Under the pieces are notes generated by a model that saw nothing but the letters and a program-made list of their open reading frames with translations, was not told the DNA's origin and ran no database searches. A DNA stretch of 32,000 bases, taken from positions 160,507-192,506 of the forward strand of contig CAYHAA010000003.1 in the NCBI GenBank assembly GCA_964354495.1, written 5' to 3'. Source of the stretch: an uncultured archaeon (GTDB taxonomy: Archaea > Asgardarchaeota > Thorarchaeia > Thorarchaeales > Thorarchaeaceae). Positions 27,515 through 32,000 of the stretch are shown in pieces. How positions within the stretch are numbered: the first letter of the stretch is position 1; each line of letters starts with the position of its first letter. A program made the position numbers and the translations under genes.

Positions 27515-27602
27515 CTCATTTGATTGTCGGCAGACCAGAGTGGTTTGCGTCTAATGAATTCCTGTTTTAATGTTTCCGCAGTGGTCCCTCTGGTGCGTTT
27601 CC

Positions 27603-31657
<4,055 letters not shown>

Positions 31658-31784
31658 TTAAGCCATCTCCTATTGAACTACCTCTTTGTATTTATCATGA
31701 TACAGCATATTATCTAAAGTGAAGAAGTGTCAATGAACAATTCAAATTTCGAGAGAGAATGATTATAACAGTTATGGTATGTCT

Positions 31785-31914
31785 GGCTCTGTGTGAAAAG
31801 TCAATGATAGCGTAATGATCAGAACAATTCGCGTCATATCATGTACGGATCCTACACTCATTATTCCTTTTCTGACCGTACCATTTCATAGTTGGTGACT
31901 TTTCACACAAAGCC
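31785..31914. mobile_element. 130-bp MITE, IS5 family (IS903-like ends)
   Basis: 19-bp terminal inverted repeats GGCTCTGTGTGAAAAGTCA / TGACTTTTCACACAAAGCC (1 mismatch), flanked by the 9-bp direct repeat GGTATGTCT at 31776-31784 and 31915-31923; no transposase. Confidence 0.85.
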
Positions 31915-32000
31915 GGTATGTCTTGGATGGTAACATAGAACGATGCATTTTCTATTCAAATTCGAGCTAATCGGATTCTAATTCTGAAGCAAAATCAAGG

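Noticed and set aside
31658-31666. Minimal uORF ATG-GCT-TAA directly before rpoA'
   Set aside because: SD spacing fits the second ATG; the first ATG is probably just part of the GGAGATG SD variant.

Overview
Archaeal core-genome window, most likely an Asgard archaeon and possibly Thorarchaeia. That assignment is an inference from the Arf-like GTPase, intron-bearing tRNAs, C-terminally anchored beta-propeller surface proteins and gene order. Left to right it holds: a SWIM-finger gene (partial), a phosphoesterase, tRNA-Pro(CGG) with two introns, a modified-mevalonate operon, the rpoD-rpl18e-rpl13-rps9-rpoN-rps2 operon, a small GTPase, egsA, rpl7ae-rps28e-rpl24e, an inverted ndk, infB, an SRP RNA region, an ABC-2 cassette, hemerythrin, two beta-propeller surface proteins, tRNA-Ser(GCT) with two introns, EF-1alpha, and rpoA'-rpoA''-rpl30e-nusA-rps12-rps7. 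Main discoveries: (1) a 30-nt bulge-helix-bulge (BHB) intron with two in-frame stops inside rpoA', whose predicted splice sites exactly restore the frame and the conserved motif. (2) An SRP RNA gene split cleanly within helix 8 by a 3.6-kb block that itself carries a second, intact, diverged SRP RNA. (3) Two paralogous 34-aa and 29-aa microproteins with their own TATA box, Shine-Dalgarno (SD) sequence and terminator. (4) A 130-bp MITE with a 9-bp target duplication. (5) A K-turn over the rpl7ae ribosome-binding site. All calls were made by eye, with no database search or folding program.
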